From contig OZ243037.1 in assembly GCA_965212015.1 (NCBI GenBank), positions 1,312,001-1,376,000 of the forward strand: 64,000 bases of DNA, given 5' to 3'. Every line of letters begins with the position of its first letter. Within the stretch, counting starts at the first letter, position 1. The position numbers and the translations under genes were made by a program. This DNA comes from Cenarchaeum sp. (GTDB lineage Archaea > Thermoproteota > Nitrososphaeria > Nitrososphaerales > Nitrosopumilaceae). Below the pieces are notes generated by a model that saw only the letters and a list, made by a program, of their open reading frames with translations, was not told the origin of the DNA and made no database searches. Positions 58,281 through 64,000 of this stretch are shown in pieces.

Positions 58281-60395
58281 TTAACCGTTCTCCGATGTCC
58301 TGCCCTTCCATGACAGGGTATTGTATACCATCTCTGGCACCAGCTGCCTGAACGGCTGGGCGCCCCCCTCGTACCACTTCGTGAAAAACTCGTACAGGTG
58401 GAGCCTGAGCGACTGTATGTACACTATGAGCCCCTCGATCATCATGATTCCGATCTGCCCGCCTACAATAAGGACGATCGCAGTGGGGGAGCTCAGCCCG
58501 CCCAGCGACGCAAACGCGTCATTGACAGTCAGCAATAGTGCGGCGTGCACCAAAAGCATTATTCCAATCCTGGCATAGCTTATGGTGTGCGCCAGACACT
58601 CTATGGTCTTGCCCAAAAAGACCTCCATTATCACGCTTACCATGTCGCCGCCCTCGTTGGGGTGCTTTTTGTTGTGCTTTATCCCGCCTATGACCATCAG
58701 CACCATTGCGGCAATGATTACTATGATTGAAATCCTGACTACCAGCCAGACCACCGCCCACTCCCCGACTATTACGGTAATCCACGGCACGGCCTCTGTG
58801 TGAATCCTCGAATACATGTTTATCACGTCATACCCGGAGCCTATGGCCCCCATCATCACCCCGAACACGCCGGACCACATGAAAAAGTTCGGGATTGCCT
58901 CAAAGAACATTGCGTCCCTGTTTCCCGTCCTCCAAAAGTTGTGTATTCGCAGAATGAACGCCCATCCAAGGTGTATGACGCCGATGAATATGGAGACCTT
59001 TAGAATCAGTATCACCTGCTCGAATGTCAGCTCGGCCACCGAGATCGCCCCGATGAGCCACCCTATGGAGTGGAGCGGCCCGCCCTCGTGCAGCATGCTC
59101 TCTAGCGGCTCGAAATGATCCAAGTGGAACCCAAACACCTCGCCCTGAAAGACGCCGGCTATCGCGCCGGCGGCGCCGGACATTGCCAAAAGCATCCCCC
59201 ATCTGGTCAGCGTTCCCTGACCCTTGAACTTGAAGAGCAGTCCCAGTCCCATCAGCAGCAGCCCGTGGCCCAAATCCGCAAACATCAGCCCGTAAAACAC
59301 GGGCCACATTAGCGCAATCATCCACGTGGGATCAAACTCGCCCCTCTTTGGAATCCCCTGGCTGTCCGTAATCACCTCGTAGGTCCTCACCCACCTCGGG
59401 TTCTGTATGTGGACCGGAAGGGCGGCCAGCTTTTGCGGATCCGTTATCTCTTCAGTCATCGAGGTCCACTGGCTCGTGGCCTGCCTGAATTTTTCCTCCA
59501 TTTTTTTTGGAATGTATCCCTGTATGAGCGCAAAGCGCCTTGTGCCGCCGGGCTTTCTGAGCGTCTCTAGGACGTCCTTTGCAACAAAGGCCGTCTCGTG
59601 CAGCGCAAGTATCTCGCCGCGTATCTTTTTTGTGACTGCGGCCAGCTTTTTGGCGATTGATTTCTTTTTTGACTCTAGCTCTTTTATCTTGGATTCCGCA
59701 AGCGCAAAAGCCTCGCTTGGCACCTGCGGGAAGCCCTGCGGGATTGCAAATGGGTTGGCATTGACTGCCCGCATCACCTTGAGAATCCTGTCCGAATCCC
59801 GCGCGCCGCCGATTATGACGACTGCGGATTTTTCCTTTGACTCTAGATCGTACCTGTAGACGGCCGTATCATCCAGCGTCCTTTGTATCTCCTCGAAATC
59901 CGAGGAATTTATTATGAAAACATTGGTGTAAAAGTACCTCGCCTGCCCGAGGCCGCCCAGATCCATGTCCAGCTTGCCTGCCACCCGGAGCGCATCCCTC
60001 AGGGAGGAATACTCGTCCAGGGAGCGCCTCACATCAGAGTCCTCCCCGAGCATCTTTGCTGCCTCGGCGATCGCACCGGGGGCCCTTGCCTCCAGATCGT
60101 CGATCATTTTGTGTATCTCGTCGAGCTCGTACTTTTGCCTCTTGAATGTAGTCCCCTTGAAGAGAATCTCCATTATTCCCACCCTGGGCGGGATATTGAG
60201 GCCCTTGACTATCTCCTCTATCGACTGGTGCACCTTTTGCGCCCTCAGGAGCAAGTCGTCTATCTCTGGCGTGACAGTCTCGTTTTCGGCCTCGATCTTG
60301 TGGAACCACTCGAACTCCACAAGGCGGGAGATGGCCCTCGGCGATTCGGTCCTGGGCAGCACGACGGATCCCAGCAGTAGTTCAGAGACGGCCAA
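58281..60395 (-). CDS. atpI: A/V-type ATP synthase subunit I
   Basis: E.DPT, FYG.MFAD.GHG, SYARI, QSLRLHLYEFF; TTG 60395. Confidence 0.96.
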   Translation of the reverse strand: MAVSELLLGSVVLPRTESPRAISRLVEFEWFHKIEAENETVTPEIDDLLLRAQKVHQSIEEIVKGLNIPPRVGIMEILFKGTTFKRQKYELDEIHKMIDDLEARAPGAIAEAAKMLGEDSDVRRSLDEYSSLRDALRVAGKLDMDLGGLGQARYFYTNVFIINSSDFEEIQRTLDDTAVYRYDLESKEKSAVVIIGGARDSDRILKVMRAVNANPFAIPQGFPQVPSEAFALAESKIKELESKKKSIAKKLAAVTKKIRGEILALHETAFVAKDVLETLRKPGGTRRFALIQGYIPKKMEEKFRQATSQWTSMTEEITDPQKLAALPVHIQNPRWVRTYEVITDSQGIPKRGEFDPTWMIALMWPVFYGLMFADLGHGLLLMGLGLLFKFKGQGTLTRWGMLLAMSGAAGAIAGVFQGEVFGFHLDHFEPLESMLHEGGPLHSIGWLIGAISVAELTFEQVILILKVSIFIGVIHLGWAFILRIHNFWRTGNRDAMFFEAIPNFFMWSGVFGVMMGAIGSGYDVINMYSRIHTEAVPWITVIVGEWAVVWLVVRISIIVIIAAMVLMVIGGIKHNKKHPNEGGDMVSVIMEVFLGKTIECLAHTISYARIGIMLLVHAALLLTVNDAFASLGGLSSPTAIVLIVGGQIGIMMIEGLIVYIQSLRLHLYEFFTKWYEGGAQPFRQLVPEMVYNTLSWKGRTSENG

Positions 60396-60506
60396 TAATA
60401 CCACCGAATCAGATGATGGTTTAAAATCTTTCCAACTCGGGGACCGGCCGATCCCCGAAAAAAATACTCCAAACATTAAAATCCAATATTAATACACGCC
60501 ACTTCG

Positions 60507-61106
60507 ATGAGTTCTGATTCCCGGCTTGAGCAGAGTATTGATAAAATCCTGGCACAGCACGAATCCGAACTGCTGGCGGGCCTCAAGGACGCCCACGGCG
60601 AGGCGCAAGAAAAGCTTGCCAAATCCCGGTCCTCCATGGAGGACGAATATGACAGAATCATAGACGAGGGGAAAAAAGAGGCAGAAAAGATCGCAAAACA
60701 GATCGTTGGCAGCTCAAACCTACAGGCAAGAAACAAGCAGCTTTTGCTGGTCCAGCAGCACATAGACGGCGTTCTTGAAAAGGCCATAGAAAAGATCCGC
60801 TCCGCTGATCGCAATAATGACTATTCCAAATTCATATCGTCGCTAATCTCCGAGTCCGTCGCCGCACTGGGGACGCCCGACGTCATAATCTCGACTAGCG
60901 CCGGGGACAAAAAGACGGTCAAGTCGGTTCTGGGAAAATTTGCCGGCGCCAAGCTGTCCGCAGACGCGGCGGACTGTCTTGGCGGGGTTTATGTAAAGTC
61001 AAAGGACGGCTCAATGTCGTACGACAATACCATCGATTCCAGGATTGAACGTATGAAGCCTTTAATAAGGAAAGAAATTGCCAACAAATTCGGAATAGGT
61101 AGTTAG
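60507..61106 (+). CDS. atpE: A/V-type ATP synthase subunit E
   Basis: N-terminal coiled coil, GGV....DG...DNT...R. Confidence 0.93.
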   Translation: MSSDSRLEQSIDKILAQHESELLAGLKDAHGEAQEKLAKSRSSMEDEYDRIIDEGKKEAEKIAKQIVGSSNLQARNKQLLLVQQHIDGVLEKAIEKIRSADRNNDYSKFISSLISESVAALGTPDVIISTSAGDKKTVKSVLGKFAGAKLSADAADCLGGVYVKSKDGSMSYDNTIDSRIERMKPLIRKEIANKFGIGS

Positions 61107-61107
61107 C

Positions 61108-62886
61108 ATGGTGGCACAAGGCAGAATTGTTTGGGTTAGCGGTCCTGCAGTCAAGGCAGACGGCATGGCAGACGCAAAAATGTACGAGACTGTCTCAGTC
61201 GGGGACGCAAAGCTGATAGGCGAGGTAATCAGGCTTACCGGCGATGTCGCATTCATCCAGGTATACGAGTCGACTAGCGGCCTCAAGCCCGGCGAGCCCG
61301 TGGTCGGAACGGGAAACCCGCTAAGCGTGTTTCTGGGCCCGGGAATCATTGGACAAATCTATGACGGCATCCAAAGGCCGCTCAAGGAGCTCTCGAAAAA
61401 ATCCGGCTCTTTTATCGGACGTGGCATCACCACGACTCCAGTGGATCTTACAAAGAAATACCACTTTGTACCGACTGTCAAGGCAGGCGACGAGGCGGTT
61501 CCGGGAACCATCATCGGCTCCGTCAAGGAGACGGAGCTAATCGAACACAAGATAATGATCCCCCCTGATCACCAGGGCGGCAAGATTTCCAATATCGTCC
61601 CAGAGGGGGACTATGATCTAGAGACGGAGGTTGCCACAACGCAAAAGGACGGCAGCTCCTCGCCGGTAAAGATGTACCACAAGTGGCCGGTGCGACACCC
61701 GCGCCCGTACCACGAAAGGTACGATCCCACCATTCCGCTGCTTACGGGCCAGCGCGTAATTGACACGTTCTTTCCCATGGCAAAGGGCGGCACGGGCTCG
61801 ATTCCCGGCGCATTTGGCACCGGCAAGACCGTGACGCTGCACCAGATTGCAAAATGGGCCGACGCCCAGGTGGTGGTGTACATTGGCTGCGGGGAGAGGG
61901 GAAACGAAATGACCGAGGTGCTCACGGAATTCCCGGAGCTCAAGGATCCGCGCACCGGAAAGCCGCTCATGGACAGGACAGTCCTGGTTGCAAACACCAG
62001 CAACATGCCGGTGGCGGCCAGGGAGGCAAGCATATACACCGGAGTTACAATCGCAGAATACTACAGGGACATGGGAATGGACGTGGTCCTAGTCGCCGAT
62101 TCCACAAGCAGGTGGGCCGAAGCACTCAGAGAGATGAGCGGCAGGCTAGAGGAGATGCCCGCAGAGGAGGGATACCCGTCGTACCTTGCATCAAGACTGG
62201 CCGAATTCTACGAGAGGGCCGGGCGCATCAGGGCGCAGGGCAGCCCGCAGAGGGACGGTTCTGTCACGCTAGTCGGCGCAGTGTCGCCGTCGGGGGGAGA
62301 CTTTACAGAGCCGGTGACCACGCACACCATGAGGTTTATCAAGACGTTCTGGGCGCTTGACGCAAAGCTGGCGTATTCCCGGCACTATCCGTCAATCAAC
62401 TGGATGAACAGCTATTCCGGATACCTTGCCGACGTTGCAAAGTGGTGGGGCGAAAACATAAACGAGCAATGGCTGGACCTGAGAAGCGAGGCGTACGGGG
62501 TGCTGCAGCGCGAGGACACCCTAAAGGAGATAGTCCGGCTCTTGGGCCCCGAGGCGCTTCCCGACGATCAAAAACTCATACTCGAGGTGGCAAGGATGAT
62601 AAAAATCGGAATCCTGCAGCAAAACTCGTTTGACGAGGTCGACACGTACTGCAGCCCCGAAAAGCAGGTAAAGCTGCTGCAGCTGCTCGTACAGTTTTAC
62701 AGGGAGGGCCAGCAGGTGCTCAAGGACGGCGCCACGCTTGCCGACATACGCACAATGTCCACGATTAGCTCGCTGCTCAAGGCGAGAATGGACATCAAGG
62801 ACGACGAGATTGCAAAGCTAGACGAGCTGTCCGCTGCGATAACGGAGCAATTCAAGAGCATATCGGGGGTAAAGGTTTCAAGTTGA
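61108..62886 (+). CDS. atpA: A/V-type ATP synthase subunit A
   Basis: [30 protein letters not shown]. Confidence 0.98.
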   Translation: MVAQGRIVWVSGPAVKADGMADAKMYETVSVGDAKLIGEVIRLTGDVAFIQVYESTSGLKPGEPVVGTGNPLSVFLGPGIIGQIYDGIQRPLKELSKKSGSFIGRGITTTPVDLTKKYHFVPTVKAGDEAVPGTIIGSVKETELIEHKIMIPPDHQGGKISNIVPEGDYDLETEVATTQKDGSSSPVKMYHKWPVRHPRPYHERYDPTIPLLTGQRVIDTFFPMAKGGTGSIPGAFGTGKTVTLHQIAKWADAQVVVYIGCGERGNEMTEVLTEFPELKDPRTGKPLMDRTVLVANTSNMPVAAREASIYTGVTIAEYYRDMGMDVVLVADSTSRWAEALREMSGRLEEMPAEEGYPSYLASRLAEFYERAGRIRAQGSPQRDGSVTLVGAVSPSGGDFTEPVTTHTMRFIKTFWALDAKLAYSRHYPSINWMNSYSGYLADVAKWWGENINEQWLDLRSEAYGVLQREDTLKEIVRLLGPEALPDDQKLILEVARMIKIGILQQNSFDEVDTYCSPEKQVKLLQLLVQFYREGQQVLKDGATLADIRTMSTISSLLKARMDIKDDEIAKLDELSAAITEQFKSISGVKVSS

Positions 62887-64000
62887 GCGAAAAGGGCGGC
62901 GTGCAGTACAGCAAGATTGCAGAGATCAAGGGGCCACTGGTCATAGTCGACGACGTGGAGAATGCGGCGTTTGACGAGCTAGTGGAGATTCAGACCTCCG
63001 ACGGGGGCAAAAGGCTCGGAAAGGTCCTCGAGGTCGGAAACGGCAAGGCCATAGTGCAGGTATTTGAGGGAACCATGGGGCTGTCAGTCTCTGGAACCAA
63101 CGCAAAGTTCGTAGGCAAGGTAATGGAAATGCCCGTCTCAGAGCAGGTGCTAGGGCGCGTCTTTGACGGCCTTGGCAGGCCAAAGGACAAACTGCCGGAT
63201 CCCATTGCAGACAAGTTTGTGGACATAAACGGGGAGCCCATGAATCCCGAACAGAGGCAGTACCCGCGCGACTTTATACAGACCGGCGTGTCCGTAATCG
63301 ACGGAATGCTCACGCTGGTGCGGGGCCAAAAGCTCCCGATATTTTCCGGCTCTGGAATGTCGCACAACATTCTTGCAGCCCAGATTGCGCGCCAGGCATC
63401 GGTGGTGGGAAGCGGCGAGGAGTTTGCCGTCGTCTTTGCCGCAATCGGCGTGCAGTACAGCGAGTCCGAATACTTTAAGCGCAGCCTGGAAGAGTCCGGG
63501 GCGCTAAAGCGCAGCGTACTGTTTCTGAATCTGGCCGACGATCCGGCAATAGAGAGAATCATCACGCCGCGCGTGGCGCTGACGGTGGCAGAGTATCTGG
63601 CCTATGATCTCGGCATGCACGTGCTGGTGATAATGACTGACATGACAAACTATGCCGAGGCCCTGCGGGAGATCAGCGCGGCGCGAGAGGAGGTGCCCGG
63701 CAGAAAGGGATACCCCGGATACCTGTATACGGATCTGTCCACAATATACGAGCGGGCCGGCAGGCTTCAGGGCAGGCCGGGCAGCGTGACTCAGATGCCG
63801 ATTCTCTCGATGCCCTCTGATGACATTACCCACCCGATACCGGACCTTACCGGCTATATCACCGAAGGCCAGATAGTGCTCGGCAGGGACCTGTTCCGCC
63901 AGGGCGTGTATCCGCCGGTAAACATACTCATGAGTTTGAGCCGGATAATGAAGGACGGCATCGGCAAGGACAGGACGCGCGAGGATCACCAGGAAATTTC
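62883..64000 (+). CDS. atpB: A/V-type ATP synthase subunit B (runs off the window end)
   Basis: TTG 62883; [44 protein letters not shown]. Confidence 0.96.
   Translation, partial: MSEKGGVQYSKIAEIKGPLVIVDDVENAAFDELVEIQTSDGGKRLGKVLEVGNGKAIVQVFEGTMGLSVSGTNAKFVGKVMEMPVSEQVLGRVFDGLGRPKDKLPDPIADKFVDINGEPMNPEQRQYPRDFIQTGVSVIDGMLTLVRGQKLPIFSGSGMSHNILAAQIARQASVVGSGEEFAVVFAAIGVQYSESEYFKRSLEESGALKRSVLFLNLADDPAIERIITPRVALTVAEYLAYDLGMHVLVIMTDMTNYAEALREISAAREEVPGRKGYPGYLYTDLSTIYERAGRLQGRPGSVTQMPILSMPSDDITHPIPDLTGYITEGQIVLGRDLFRQGVYPPVNILMSLSRIMKDGIGKDRTREDHQEI

Noticed and set aside
58177-58377. 66-aa ORF as ATP synthase subunit K
   Set aside because: Not hydrophobic, no proteolipid motif, and it overlaps atpI; the 27-aa frame is the more plausible one

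Overview
Chromosomal segment of an ammonia-oxidizing archaeon (Nitrososphaerota/Thaumarchaeota, Nitrosopumilaceae-like). Its GC content looks relatively high by eye and its spacers are expanded and GC-rich, which would fit a sponge-symbiont lineage (inference). It is mostly core genes: a PEFG-CTERM surface protein, cyclophilin, prohibitin, NikR-like regulator with znuACB, bluB, two tRNAs (Arg-CCT with a D-loop intron, Val-GAC), egsA, proteasome beta, aCPSF1, sepF, queE/folE/queC, thrB, CdvB/Snf7, the archaeal CoA pathway, an Lrp-linked ABC exporter, an AarF kinase, tmk/HD/pyrH, the amt ammonium transporter and a split A-type ATP synthase (C; I; E-A-B). Accessory material lies between amt and atpI: an AbiE-like antitoxin/nucleotidyltransferase pair and a low-GC, apparently frameshifted GNAT. 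The most notable items the ORF track does not explain are a ~190-nt direct-repeat-flanked, potentially pseudoknotted non-coding element next to cdvB, three unannotated micro-ORFs (one directly after atpI), a shared ATGATACTAT motif at equivalent distances upstream of amt and a 36-aa membrane peptide, an ATA-initiated AarF kinase, and a catalytically degenerate solo Cas4-like protein. All calls are by eye, with no database searches.
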